Positions 8,613 through 18,756 of a stretch of DNA of 64,000 nucleotides are shown in pieces. A program made the translations under genes and the position numbers. The stretch is from Planctomycetales bacterium. GTDB lineage: Bacteria; 4484-113. The stretch covers positions 1 through 64,000 of the forward strand of contig JBBIRS010000001.1 in NCBI GenBank assembly GCA_037441675.1, given 5' to 3'. The notes under the pieces were generated by a model. It ran no database searches and was not told where the DNA came from. It was given only the letters and a program-made list of their open reading frames with translations. Each line of letters begins with the position of its first letter. The stretch's first letter is position 1.

Positions 8613-9263
8613 TTACCAATCACCTCTATAATTGAACTCTTTTACTAGAATATCTTTTAATCTCTTTCTGGCGTAAAAGATTCTAGATTGAACTGTTCCA
8701 AGTGGAACGCGAGTTATCTCAGCTATTTCGCTATAGCTCATTCCTTCAATATCGCACAGCATTAACACTTCTTTCTGCTCTGGAGACAAGAGCATCATAG
8801 CTCTTCTAATCATATGGGCTCTCGACTCCTCTAAAACTACATCATCTGGCATCACGGCTGAAACATAAGTTTCCCTTGAGCTTAGCTCCTCGTCGTTATC
8901 AACCATTTTCAGTTTAGCTTTTCTCCTCAAGTCTCTCACATGATTATTTGCAATACTAAAAAGCCATGATTTGAACTTCTTAATCTCCCTAAGGCGATTT
9001 AAGTTAAAGAAAGCTTTAACCAGCACTTCTTGAGTAACATCTTCAGCGGTTTCGCGGTTCTGAAGACGACTATATACAAAGTTAAAGATTTTCTTTTGAT
9101 AAATTTCTACTAGTTCTCCAAATGCAATTTCATCACCACTTCGTGCGCGGACTACTAGGACTTCTTCTTCCCCAAGTCCTTCTTTCTCTAATTCTAATCC
9201 CACCATTGGTACCGAGATGGCGGACCGCTCCATCATCATATTATGACGAACTGGTTTCGCCAT
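8613..9263 (-). CDS. ECF sigma-70 factor (RpoE/SigW-like)
   Basis: GDEIAFGELV..YQ, AEDVTQE, FKSWLFSIA.N, GMSYSEIAE...GTVQSRIFYARKRL. Confidence 0.92.
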   Translation of the reverse strand: MAKPVRHNMMMERSAISVPMVGLELEKEGLGEEEVLVVRARSGDEIAFGELVEIYQKKIFNFVYSRLQNRETAEDVTQEVLVKAFFNLNRLREIKKFKSWLFSIANNHVRDLRRKAKLKMVDNDEELSSRETYVSAVMPDDVVLEESRAHMIRRAMMLLSPEQKEVLMLCDIEGMSYSEIAEITRVPLGTVQSRIFYARKRLKDILVKEFNYRGDW

Positions 9264-9269
9264 TGTTCA

Positions 9270-10535
9270 TTAATATAGAATCCAAGTAAGCTCAGCAATT
9301 ATGGTGAAATCAGGTGCTGTTTCAGTTTGAATATCTTCTGAAAAGCCACCCGACAACAAAAATTTTTCTCCATACAAACGATGAAAGCCCAGTATAAGCT
9401 CAACTGCGTCCTTATCTGCGGATGGGCTTTTGGTAGAAAAAGGTGATTGGCTATAATCTATCTGTCCTGTAATCGTTAGTGAGGGTCTCCAAGTGTATTC
9501 CACGCCCAACATTCCAGAAATTATATTGTTATTTTGTAAGGATGAAAGCCCATCCTTCCCTAGTATTACAAGATTAATGTTAGCGTAATAGGCAAAGCGA
9601 TTGCCAAAGTTATCCCATAAAAGGCCTACGCCAAAGTCTGGCGCACCTGAACCAATTCCATCATCTTCGCTTCCCGTTGGAAGCTTTACGCCAACCCTAT
9701 AGGCAAAGCCACCTTTTTTCGATGCATTCAACTTTTGCTTCCAAACTAGTTCAATATCACCAAGGGAGAAATTATCAGAGGGAAAGTTAAAAGTGGAGCC
9801 ATCTTGCGTCTTGATATAAAAGCGAAAGTCCCCCTCCGGATAGAATGGTCTATTTCCCCTCGGTAAACAGAAGAACCTGTGCCATTTATCAATTATGTTA
9901 TCCATTATGCCGTGTCCATGCACTCTAAACGGCACGAGAACAGAGTATTCTGAGTTTTTCAAGCCATGACGATACTCAAAGGAGACCGACCATGTCTCCA
10001 AATCCAAATCTACTATCGCTCCCCCCTCTGTCTTTTTGATGATTGAATTAGCCCCTAGAATTCTAGTTGATAGCTGTGACGTGCTTTGTGGTATAGGTTC
10101 AGCAGTATCTCCACTGAAGTTAAAGAAGAGAAGATACAATGGATGCTGATTACGAGTGCGCATTGGTCCAAAATACCTCAGAGGCGGGACTATCTTCTCT
10201 CTTTCCTCCTTACTCTCTTCCTTAGCCTCCTTTTCCTCCACCGTCTTAGCTTCTCCTGTCAATTGTTCTAGCCCATCCTGAACATCCTTCACTTTCGTAA
10301 CGTTATCATTTTCCGAATTGTAAGAATTCTTACTGGCACTTTCCGCAGAGCGCGGAGTTTGAGTAATACTGTCATCTTTCTGGCTGTCTTGTTTTTCACT
10401 GGCGGTTATGAATTCAACGATTGAAGGGTCAGGCGAAATGGTTTCTTCAACGGACAAGGCGCTAATAGAAAGAAGTAAGCTAGCAAGAATGAAAAGGAGC
10501 AGATAGCGAATCACTTTTGTAAGCTTGAATGCCAT
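9270..10535 (-). CDS. Putative outer-membrane beta-barrel protein (DUF3187-like)
   Basis: Signal peptide and acidic linker, then GPMRTRNQHP, IIDKWHRFF.LP.G.R, LGDIEL, KLPTG and a C-terminal ED...APDF. Confidence 0.65.
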   Translation of the reverse strand: MAFKLTKVIRYLLLFILASLLLSISALSVEETISPDPSIVEFITASEKQDSQKDDSITQTPRSAESASKNSYNSENDNVTKVKDVQDGLEQLTGEAKTVEEKEAKEESKEEREKIVPPLRYFGPMRTRNQHPLYLLFFNFSGDTAEPIPQSTSQLSTRILGANSIIKKTEGGAIVDLDLETWSVSFEYRHGLKNSEYSVLVPFRVHGHGIMDNIIDKWHRFFCLPRGNRPFYPEGDFRFYIKTQDGSTFNFPSDNFSLGDIELVWKQKLNASKKGGFAYRVGVKLPTGSEDDGIGSGAPDFGVGLLWDNFGNRFAYYANINLVILGKDGLSSLQNNNIISGMLGVEYTWRPSLTITGQIDYSQSPFSTKSPSADKDAVELILGFHRLYGEKFLLSGGFSEDIQTETAPDFTIIAELTWILY

Positions 10536-10665
10536 AGGTAGACTATTCTAATGGAAAGTTGTTTTTAGCTCAATCAGGATACTTTAAGTGAATTGGTGGG
10601 AAGAAAATTTGTGGGCTTTGTAAGATTTTATGCGAGTGTGTTTTGATACTATACTATTTAACATA

Positions 10666-10737
10666 GGCGGCGTAGCTCAGAGGCAGAGCGAGCGGCTCAT
10701 AACCGCTATGTCGGCGGTTCGATTCCGCCCGCCGCCA
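10666..10737 (+). tRNA. tRNA with CAT anticodon (elongator Met or Ile2)
   Basis: Cloverleaf: acceptor GGCGGCG/CGCCGCC, D arm GCTC/GAGC, anticodon arm AGCGG-CTCATAA-CCGCT, T arm GGCGG-TTCGATT-CCGCC, discriminator A. CCA not encoded. G1:C72 is paired, so it is not the initiator. Confidence 0.95.
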
Positions 10738-10792
10738 TTTTTTCTTTTAACTTCCGTATTTATTGGCGCTTTCTGTTAACATAGTGTAAGTT

Positions 10793-12412
10793 ATGGCAAG
10801 AAAAGATGCATCCGAATTCTCACTTCTTTACTCGCTTCTTAACTTCACCCCACTCTGGGAATACATAGGAACTCTACCTGATACAGAGCAAATAATTTAT
10901 TACCTACTTTTTTCTGGTGGTCCTGATTCAGTTGGTTTAGCAATGACCTTGAAGAAGCTTGCAGATTTCTCATCAGGCTCATCAAGAAACTTTAATCCGA
11001 ATGAAGTGCTGAAAAAAGTTCATAATCCTCAAATCAGACGCATTCTTCAATCTTTCTTTAGGACTAATAAGAAGGTGAACCTTGTACTTCTGCACTTAAA
11101 CCACAAGTTACGTCCGACAGCTGACGAGGAAGCAGAATGGGTTAGACGGTTCGCAGCCGAACATGGCCTTATTTGCACAATAGAGGAACAAGATATTAGT
11201 CAAACTGCAAAGGCTTCAAAGGCGAGTATTGAAGAAGCGGGCAGGTATGCTCGTTATAATTTTCTGTTACGCTTTCTAAACCAACCTGGCGCCATTGGCT
11301 TTACTGCACATACCCTTGATGACCATGCGGAAAGTGTGATTTTGAATCTGGCGGAGAAGACGGGACTTGGGGGATTGCTGGGAATTGCTCCAGTTCTTTG
11401 GGGTAAGATATACCGACCCTTTCTCGGAGTTAGAAAGTCGGATATTTTAAGTTGGCTTGAGGCAAGGAAGATTAAGTATTTGACTGATGAAAGTAACCTG
11501 ATTCCAGACCGCCCGAGAACATTTATACGGCATAGAGTTATTCCTCTGCTTGTAAAGCTCAACCCTCAAGCGAGAGAAAATATTCTTGAAACCAGCTCAA
11601 ATCTGCGGGATTACGAGGGGCTCTTTTCCTGGGCGTTAGAAACCATTGGGAGTTCCGCCGCAGTGGAGAGTGAGTACCTTCGCAAATTCTTCCTGCTACC
11701 TATGCTTCCCAATGTTAACTACTGGATGATTGATGTTTTTAGATGGAGAAGAGAGCTTATCAATAGTATGAATGTTACACTTAGATCTCTTTTAAAAGCT
11801 TTTGGCTTTGAACTTGATTGGAGGGAAGCAGAAGAACTAGCTGAGAGCATTAAATTATTAAGGACATATTTTTATAGGCTTTCTAAAGATGCTATAATTG
11901 AGTTTCATTTACCCTCCCAGATGATTTTCCTCTTGAAGAAAAAAGATTTCAACACCGAAACTATCAATATATCCTGTAGGAAAATTCTCACTAACGGGAA
12001 TAAGCTAGACCTTCGATATGTTGACTATAAAGCATTAAAAGGTTTAGTTGAAAGGGTTAAGAGTGGTGATACACTTCCCTCCTTTTCTACACCTCCGAAG
12101 GAATTACACAGACGCAAGGAGGCAAACTACATGGCTTTATTTTCTTCTGAAGTGACACTTCCACTAATTATTCGTGAATGGAAGCGTGGTGACTGCATTA
12201 AGCTTTCACGAAATGTCGGAACCGCAAAGCTCTCCGACATATTTACAAATAAAAAGATACCTAGATCAATTCGTGAAAGTCTTCCAGTGGTAACAGATGC
12301 CAACGGCGAAGTATTATGGGTTCCCGGCGTATGCCGATCACAGGTTTATTATGTCTCATCTCGTAGCAGAGGTGGATATTTCTTTTCTTGGCGAGTTTCA
12401 TGTGAAAACTGA
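10793..12412 (+). CDS. tilS: tRNA(Ile)-lysidine synthetase
   Basis: SGGPDS PP-loop, HLNHKLR, EEAGRYARY, TAHTLDDHAE, RPFL, DESN and a TilS C-terminal domain (R.WKRGD...KIP...R..LP...WVPG). Confidence 0.93.
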   Translation: MARKDASEFSLLYSLLNFTPLWEYIGTLPDTEQIIYYLLFSGGPDSVGLAMTLKKLADFSSGSSRNFNPNEVLKKVHNPQIRRILQSFFRTNKKVNLVLLHLNHKLRPTADEEAEWVRRFAAEHGLICTIEEQDISQTAKASKASIEEAGRYARYNFLLRFLNQPGAIGFTAHTLDDHAESVILNLAEKTGLGGLLGIAPVLWGKIYRPFLGVRKSDILSWLEARKIKYLTDESNLIPDRPRTFIRHRVIPLLVKLNPQARENILETSSNLRDYEGLFSWALETIGSSAAVESEYLRKFFLLPMLPNVNYWMIDVFRWRRELINSMNVTLRSLLKAFGFELDWREAEELAESIKLLRTYFYRLSKDAIIEFHLPSQMIFLLKKKDFNTETINISCRKILTNGNKLDLRYVDYKALKGLVERVKSGDTLPSFSTPPKELHRRKEANYMALFSSEVTLPLIIREWKRGDCIKLSRNVGTAKLSDIFTNKKIPRSIRESLPVVTDANGEVLWVPGVCRSQVYYVSSRSRGGYFFSWRVSCEN

Positions 12413-13226
12413 TTTAAGCTTAAATTTACCTTTCATTTATAGATCGTTAGTGGAGAGCGAGGTGAGGCTTCGTTCTGGGAATGCTCCTTGCACTAAAAAT
12501 TCGCTTATAGTCGGTTTGCCCAAAGAGACACATTCAGGATTTCACCCTTGTCTTGCCCTTAGAATAGATGATGTTAAAATTCCGCTAGGTCAATTTCTCA
12601 AAATGGTTAAAGAAGACTTCATTGATAAGGGATTGAGTTTCCCCCTCTTGCTAACACCATCTCCCGATTGGTCGCAAGAAACTTCTCTAAATGATGTCTA
12701 TGAATACCTTCTAGTTTATGATTTTTCCGAAAAAAAGATGAGGGGATTAGTACAAACTAGAGTCGCAAAGCTAAAGCAGGCAAAGAGCATTACAGTTAAA
12801 CCTTTTCTCATAAGTGAGTTAAATAATGAGATTTTGAATAGATTAATCCTTGAATTATCTCAATATACTCAATACGATTATTCCTTTTGGGAAAGGATAA
12901 CAATAGACGTAGACGAGGAGAATATCAGCGGTTTTATCGCCGTTGATAATAATGAAGTCAACGCTTTTGCATTTTACGAATGGTTCAATTTTACTTTTCG
13001 CTTGATTGCTCTTTATACTTTAGAGGAACATAGAGGTAGAGGAGCAGGTGAAACTCTTCTTCAAAGCGTCCTCGAAGAAGCGCAGAAATTAGGAGCAATC
13101 CTAATATCTTCTATTCTGCCTGAATCACATCCATTTGCTTACTATTTAGGAAAATATGGATTTAGCGAAATAGTTTCTATTTCGGCATGGTATCCACCAA
13201 GTAGAGACTTCTTCAAGGAGGGCTAA
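12402..13226 (+). CDS. GNAT-family N-acetyltransferase
   Basis: C-terminal LYTLEEHRGRGAGETLL...YLGKYGF motif. Likely GTG start at 12402, overlapping the tilS end. Confidence 0.7.
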   Translation: MKTDLSLNLPFIYRSLVESEVRLRSGNAPCTKNSLIVGLPKETHSGFHPCLALRIDDVKIPLGQFLKMVKEDFIDKGLSFPLLLTPSPDWSQETSLNDVYEYLLVYDFSEKKMRGLVQTRVAKLKQAKSITVKPFLISELNNEILNRLILELSQYTQYDYSFWERITIDVDEENISGFIAVDNNEVNAFAFYEWFNFTFRLIALYTLEEHRGRGAGETLLQSVLEEAQKLGAILISSILPESHPFAYYLGKYGFSEIVSISAWYPPSRDFFKEG

Positions 13227-13227
13227 T

Positions 13228-14211
13228 TTGAGTAAGTTGAGGATTTTTTTATCTGTCATTCGAGCCGAACATACGGTTTTTGCTCTTCCCTTCGCTTTAA
13301 CTTCCGCTATCATTACTCAACGATGGCTCAACGAAGTTTTCTACAATTCTCAGTATAGTTTAACGGAGTCTCTTCCTCTATTTGCTTCTTCACCATCATT
13401 ACAAAGCTTATGGGAAAACATCTTCTGCTCAATACCAGGTGGTCCTGGGGTTTTTCCCAGCCTTTGGGATATAACATTCCTTATCGTTGCTATGGTTAGT
13501 GGTCGGACTGTTGCGATGCTTGCAAATCGTCTCATAGACGCTCAGATTGATGCTAAGAATCCAAGGACAGCGAATTGGCACATCCCATCTGGTCTAGTGA
13601 AGAGCAAAGAAGTTCAGCTTTGGCTACTTGTTTCTTCAATAGTTTTCTCCGTATCAGCTCTTGCGTTAAATTTATGGAGTTTTCTTCTAGCCCCCGTTGC
13701 CATACTTTACTTGATTCTTTATCCATACGCAAAAAGATTTACCTTTCTCTGTCACTACATTTTAGGTGGTGCTCAAGCCCTTGCACCTCTTGGTGTCTTT
13801 TTAGCTATTACCGGAACTCTAAGTTGGCAAATTTTCCCCTTCGCTGTGGCAGTGGGATTATGGGTCGCTTCATTTGATATCTATTACTCTCTTCAGGATT
13901 ATGATTTTGATAAGTCCGAAGGCATTTTCTCCATTCCAGTGGGCGTCGGTAAACCTACCGCAAAGATTTTCGCATTAGCTGGTCATATGGCATCTTCACT
14001 TTTTTTCCTTGCATCAGTGGTTATTTTTAAAATGGGTCTTCTTTTTTTCTTCGGAACACTTATGTTCACAATTACCCTGTTGATTGAGTTTCTAATCGTA
14101 TGGAGGCGAGAGGATGCAGTTGGATTTGCCTTCTTCACCTTAAATGGATTTATCAGTTTGGCTTATCTTTTTGTTGCAGTGTTTGATATTCTCTCACTAT
14201 ATATGCCTTAA
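13228..14211 (+). CDS. UbiA-family polyprenyltransferase (MqnP-like)
   Basis: IRAEHTVFALPFA, NRLIDAQIDAKNPRT, YPYAKRFT..CH, FDIYYSLQDYDFD; multiple TM helices. Confidence 0.88.
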   Translation: MSKLRIFLSVIRAEHTVFALPFALTSAIITQRWLNEVFYNSQYSLTESLPLFASSPSLQSLWENIFCSIPGGPGVFPSLWDITFLIVAMVSGRTVAMLANRLIDAQIDAKNPRTANWHIPSGLVKSKEVQLWLLVSSIVFSVSALALNLWSFLLAPVAILYLILYPYAKRFTFLCHYILGGAQALAPLGVFLAITGTLSWQIFPFAVAVGLWVASFDIYYSLQDYDFDKSEGIFSIPVGVGKPTAKIFALAGHMASSLFFLASVVIFKMGLLFFFGTLMFTITLLIEFLIVWRREDAVGFAFFTLNGFISLAYLFVAVFDILSLYMP

Positions 14212-14285
14212 GATAACCTTACAAGCGTGCTACCTGGGAATATGGAGGAGAAAAAAGCCAAGCTCAATAACACGAAAGTTAATGT

Positions 14286-15119
14286 CTATTCAGATTTAGC
14301 GCCCTCCGGTACGTATTCCTTTACCAATCCATAAACCGCAAACATATAGTAAAACTTGGAGAGGGTTTTGCGAAGAACTCTGACAACGTCAGGGTCAGTG
14401 CTCTTATCAGCGCTAAGCATCTTTATGATAACTTCAAGTTCCTTCAGGACTTCGTCCGGAGAGTTAGGAATGTCTTCATTTGTAAGTTCAGGAAGGGTAG
14501 TAGGATCTACTTGGTACAAAGGACCAGTTGGATAATAGGGTGCTGCAAAGGGACTAATTTGGTTCATCTCTGCAACAATTACCTTATGGGATACATCTTT
14601 CAATTGCCACTTAATGAGCCCACTTTCAGTATAAGTTGGCGTGACATTTGAAGTCAGGAACTCAAGGTTTGAAGGATAGTAAAGAGTAATCTCCACATCA
14701 AGGGGAGACTGGTCGTAATAGTAGTCAGGAGTAACGAAATACAATCGCCCTTCCTCTCTTTTGAGGTAGCTCCTTGTTGCAAAGTTCACTGTGAATTTCC
14801 CCTTTTCCACTCTTACCGGAATAATTCCACTTTCTCTAGTTGCGGAGAAAAGTGGATAAATCCCGCTTTCCATCTTCATATTCCGCCAGCTTTCTACCAC
14901 TTGGACAATTCCAAGGTCTGTAATCTTATACTCTGATTTGACGATGGTATTACCGGATTCTGTTACCCCTTCCAACGAACTGTCATTCAAGTTTTCACTT
15001 TCCTGGGAAGAAGCCGGAAATCCTGAAGCAATCGTATAAACAATAGCAGAAATGATTACTAAGAACACTTTATAAAACTTAATTTTATTCGCCTTTATCA
15101 TCTTCACCTCAAGACTCAA
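14286..15119 (-). CDS. Secreted hypothetical protein
   Basis: 277-aa ORF with an N-terminal hydrophobic signal segment. No family recognised. Confidence 0.65.
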   Translation of the reverse strand: MSLEVKMIKANKIKFYKVFLVIISAIVYTIASGFPASSQESENLNDSSLEGVTESGNTIVKSEYKITDLGIVQVVESWRNMKMESGIYPLFSATRESGIIPVRVEKGKFTVNFATRSYLKREEGRLYFVTPDYYYDQSPLDVEITLYYPSNLEFLTSNVTPTYTESGLIKWQLKDVSHKVIVAEMNQISPFAAPYYPTGPLYQVDPTTLPELTNEDIPNSPDEVLKELEVIIKMLSADKSTDPDVVRVLRKTLSKFYYMFAVYGLVKEYVPEGAKSE

Positions 15120-15414
15120 TTGGTTCGATTATGGTGCGATTATATCACTTTGAATATGTAAATAATACTTCACGTTAAATAATTGACCTAGTGATTATTC
15201 CCCAAAGTTCTTTTTATAACATTGAGTTTTTCGCTTTTGCTATTGCCCTAAAAAATTGATTGTTCAAACCATATCAACTCTTTGATTTATTGTCCTAACC
15301 CAATTGTAATAATAAATTTCATTTCTAGCTAACTGGACATTTTACAAGTGTATTAGGTTATTAGATATAATAATTCACCTAAAAGTTATCTACATTGTGA
15401 AATGGAGCTCAAGT

Positions 15415-16560
15415 ATGGATTATCTTACAGACGGACATAAAATGCTTAGAGAGAACGTTCGCAACTTTGTGGAAGCTGAAATTGCGCCAAAGGCTAAGAA
15501 GATAGACGAGGAAGGCATCTTCCCCGAGGAGAATATAAGGATGATGGCGGAACTTGGCTTTTTAGGTGCGCATATACCTGAGGAATACGGGGGAGCAGGA
15601 CTTGACTTCACTAGCTTCGTAATTATTATGGAGGAGGTTGCCCGGGGATGCGCTTCCACAGCAATTACTCTTGCAGCCCATGCTAGTCTCTGCGCTTATC
15701 CTATTCTTAAATTTGGAAACGAGGAACAGAAGAAGAGAATACTACCAGAGCTTTGTGCAGGCACGAAACTGGGAGCATTCGCTTTAACAGAATCAGGCGC
15801 TGGCAGCGATGCGGGTGCTACAAAAACCATTGCAACCAGGGAAGATGATTTCTACATCGTAAATGGCTCTAAGATGTTTTGCACCAATGGAAGCCGTGCG
15901 GGATATGTGCTGTTCACTGCCAAGACCGATCCCTCCGCACCAAGAAGCCGAGGCATTTCCAGTTTGATTGCTGAGAAAGGTATGGCTGGCTTTGTTGTTG
16001 GTAAGAACGAAGACAAAATGGGACTTAGAGGTAGTGTGACTACTCAACTTTTTTTTGAGAATTGTAAAATTCCCGCCTCTAACCTTCTAGGAAAGGAAGG
16101 AAAAGGTTTCTTTCACTTTATGAAGACTTTAGATGAAGGACGTATTAGCTTTTCAGCTCTGGCACTAGGGATAGCTGTTTCTTCACTAGAGGAGTCAATC
16201 AAGTATTCTAAAGAGCGCTACGCATTCGGAATGCCAATAGGGAAAATGGAGACGATTCAAGGCTACATTGCGGAGATGGCTACGCAAATAGAAGCAGCTA
16301 GACATTTAATTTATCTTGCTGCTAGGAAGCTAGATGCTGGTGAGTCAGTAACAAGGGAGGCTGCGATGGCAAAACTATTTTCGGGCGAAATGGTGAACTT
16401 TGTTACAAACAAAGGAGTGCAGATTCACGGTGGTTATGGCTTTATTCGGGACTTCAAAGTGGAGCAGAATTATCGTGATTCAAGACTATGTGAAATAGGC
16501 GAAGGAACAAGTGAGATCCAGAAGTTGGTCATTGCGCGAGAAATTCTCGGTGAATTCTAA
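15415..16560 (+). CDS. Acyl-CoA dehydrogenase (short/branched-chain type)
   Basis: PEEYGGAG, AFALTESGAGSDA, NGSKMF, KMGLRGS, QIHGGYG, EIGEGTSEIQ. Confidence 0.95.
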   Translation: MDYLTDGHKMLRENVRNFVEAEIAPKAKKIDEEGIFPEENIRMMAELGFLGAHIPEEYGGAGLDFTSFVIIMEEVARGCASTAITLAAHASLCAYPILKFGNEEQKKRILPELCAGTKLGAFALTESGAGSDAGATKTIATREDDFYIVNGSKMFCTNGSRAGYVLFTAKTDPSAPRSRGISSLIAEKGMAGFVVGKNEDKMGLRGSVTTQLFFENCKIPASNLLGKEGKGFFHFMKTLDEGRISFSALALGIAVSSLEESIKYSKERYAFGMPIGKMETIQGYIAEMATQIEAARHLIYLAARKLDAGESVTREAAMAKLFSGEMVNFVTNKGVQIHGGYGFIRDFKVEQNYRDSRLCEIGEGTSEIQKLVIAREILGEF

Positions 16561-16580
16561 TTAGAGAGTAGTATAAGAAC

Positions 16581-16820
16581 CTAATATAATTCAGGTAAAT
16601 TCCTTCCGATTAAGGATTGGATAGCTTGTCTTTTCGCCTTTTGCTTCACAAGAAACATTCTTTTTATCAATCCGCTTTCATAGTCAAACAAGAGAAATAA
16701 AGCGGAAGAAACAATCCATAAATAGCGCTTGAAAGGTTTTCCCTCCACTTTATATGCTGCTTCCACTTTTTCCTTTGTGCTTCCCAGGATTAAGCCGGTT
16801 TTGGTTTTGACGTTTGGGAA
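16581..16820 (-). pseudogene. Possible gene fragment
   Basis: The frame reads FPNVKTKTGLILGSTKEKVEAAYK...LLFDYESGLIKRMFL, which is protein-like (T..G+.LGST.E.V..AY pattern), but an in-frame stop precedes it and it has no good start. Confidence 0.3.
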
Positions 16821-16971
16821 TTAAGCCACGAAATTGCTGGGGAAAGGCACAAAAAACCCAATCAAACTCCACCTCATATCCTCGCTCCCAAGAATCTGCA
16901 TACATTACCTAGCGTAAATTATTATATAGGATTAGTGATGTTGAACTTGAAACTGCTCATAATACTTCTCT

Positions 16972-18303
16972 TTATCCTTCATATTTTTGCCATGGGTAAA
17001 TGCGATCAAGAACAACTTTCCTATATATCAGAAGAAACACACCATAAGCAACAAGAAAAATAGCCAAAACTACAACAATCACTTTAACTTTCTTGGCACG
17101 CTCAACCAATCTACCAGCGAACTTTTGAACTTCTCCATAAATTTCCTCTGCTTGAGCTCTTTCATCCGCTACAGCTTCAACCTTCAAAGAATGCTGCTTA
17201 GCCCTGGCACTCAATAAACGAGTATGAATATCGTCAATCTTTGGTTTCATCTCCTGCATTGATAAATGGGTAACCTTTTCAGTTTCATTGATGAGTGAAA
17301 GTGCCTCATCCTTTAACTTCGCGATACGTTTAACATTTTCCCCAATGGCTAGTATTGACTTTGACTCGATAGTCCCAAGACTATGACACCTCCCACAGGC
17401 GAATTCGGCTTCAGGGTTAAAATAATCGTCGGTTGGACGTTCTAGCCTATGTTGGTTATGACAGCTCAAGCAGTTTTTTATACCAAGTTGCGGAAAGACC
17501 TTTGAGTGTGCTGATTGATCAAAGTATTTCACCGTTGCAGAATGGCAGTAGGAGCAGACCTCGTGAATTGTCTTTATTCCCGGTGGAGTAGCGCTGTGAC
17601 TGCCATGGCAGTCGGTGCAAACCGGTGCTGCTAGCTGGTCTTGATTGTAAACAAGATAAGCATGATAGCCACTCTTGTAGTCGTCAACAACCTGTGGATT
17701 GATTCCATATTTTCCCATTAAGGTTGCATTTGAATGGCATTTGGCACAAGTGTCGGGTACATTTTTTTTCGCCACTGTGGACTGGGGGTTTTTCGGGGCA
17801 AGAACCTCGTGGGCATTATGGCAATCAGAACAAACCGCGACTTTTGTATCACCACGCTCAAAAAGCGCAATGCCGTGCTGACTTTGTTTGTATAACTCTA
17901 GTTGATCAGTTCTGATTCTTGAGCCATAAGATAGCATCTTTTTAGAATCAGCGTGACACGAAGCGCACAGCTCTGGTATATCTTTTCTTTGTGGAACACC
18001 CTTGAAACCTTTTTCGTGAGACATTGCAGAGATGGTTGAATCTTTTGGATCCCCACCGTGACAACTTGAGCAGTCAATCCCGTGCGTGAACATTGCGCTT
18101 CTTTTGTATTGCTCCACTATCTCTTTATTCTTTTCATCAATTTCTATGTGGCAGGATATACAAGTTGAAACAACCTCTCGTGACTGCCCAGCTTCCTTCT
18201 CTTGAGCAAATAAGGGCAATGAACCTGCGAGCAACTCCCATCCAACGCCAATTACGGTTAGTACTGTTAGAAGTATGTACTTTGTAAGCCAAAGCCTTCT
18301 CAT
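16972..18303 (-). CDS. Membrane-anchored nonaheme cytochrome c
   Basis: Nine CxxCH motifs (CISCH, CSSCH, CASCH, CSDCH, CAKCH, CTDCH, CSYCH, CLSCH, CGRCH), N-terminal signal, helical stalk and C-terminal TM. Start at 18303 gives an ATGA overlap with subunit IV. Confidence 0.9.
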   Translation of the reverse strand: MRRLWLTKYILLTVLTVIGVGWELLAGSLPLFAQEKEAGQSREVVSTCISCHIEIDEKNKEIVEQYKRSAMFTHGIDCSSCHGGDPKDSTISAMSHEKGFKGVPQRKDIPELCASCHADSKKMLSYGSRIRTDQLELYKQSQHGIALFERGDTKVAVCSDCHNAHEVLAPKNPQSTVAKKNVPDTCAKCHSNATLMGKYGINPQVVDDYKSGYHAYLVYNQDQLAAPVCTDCHGSHSATPPGIKTIHEVCSYCHSATVKYFDQSAHSKVFPQLGIKNCLSCHNQHRLERPTDDYFNPEAEFACGRCHSLGTIESKSILAIGENVKRIAKLKDEALSLINETEKVTHLSMQEMKPKIDDIHTRLLSARAKQHSLKVEAVADERAQAEEIYGEVQKFAGRLVERAKKVKVIVVVLAIFLVAYGVFLLIYRKVVLDRIYPWQKYEG

Positions 18304-18734
18304 GAGTAGTGTCCCCAAATTGATAAAACGATCGCAACAATAATCCCTAAACAAAAAAGCAAGAAAATCACTGGTCGCTTGGCGGGATGTTGTGCCTCTG
18401 GTGGAGTTCTGTCTAGCCAAGGAACTAAAAGTAGTAGGATAACCACAACTGCGGTAAGAAGAAGCGTAAACGGCTTGTTAAAGCCTTCAATTCCCATAAA
18501 AGTTTGCGGTATCAGCCTGAGTACTTGATACAGGGCAAGGAAATACCACTCTGGCTTTATATGTTCGGGTGTGGTGAAAGGATCTGCTGGAGGACCTAGC
18601 CCCTTCGTGAAGTATCCTGAAAGTAGTACTACAACAGCTAGGAAGAAAATTGCTTGTGATAATTCAGTGGTGAGATGATTAGGGAACCATCTTGGCCCAT
18701 ATCCTTTCTCACCAGCTTTTGGTTTGTAAACCAT
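18300..18734 (-). CDS. Cytochrome b6 subunit IV-like (C-terminal part of split cytochrome b)
   Basis: GPPADPFTTPEHIKPEWYFL (PEWY motif), PWLD, three TM helices. Confidence 0.92.
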   Translation of the reverse strand: MVYKPKAGEKGYGPRWFPNHLTTELSQAIFFLAVVVLLSGYFTKGLGPPADPFTTPEHIKPEWYFLALYQVLRLIPQTFMGIEGFNKPFTLLLTAVVVILLLLVPWLDRTPPEAQHPAKRPVIFLLFCLGIIVAIVLSIWGHYS

Positions 18735-18756
18735 TGCTAAATGCTCCGTTTTCCCC

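Noticed and set aside
12394..12409. parS-like AGTTTCATGTGAAAAC (and the half-site CGTGGAACA near 63030)
   Set aside because: It has four mismatches to TGTTTCACGTGAAACA and lies in coding sequence; the second is only a half-site.
18304..18420. First 39 codons of the 482-aa cytochrome ORF
   Set aside because: They overlap subunit IV. ATG 18303 gives a signal peptide and an ATGA coupling.
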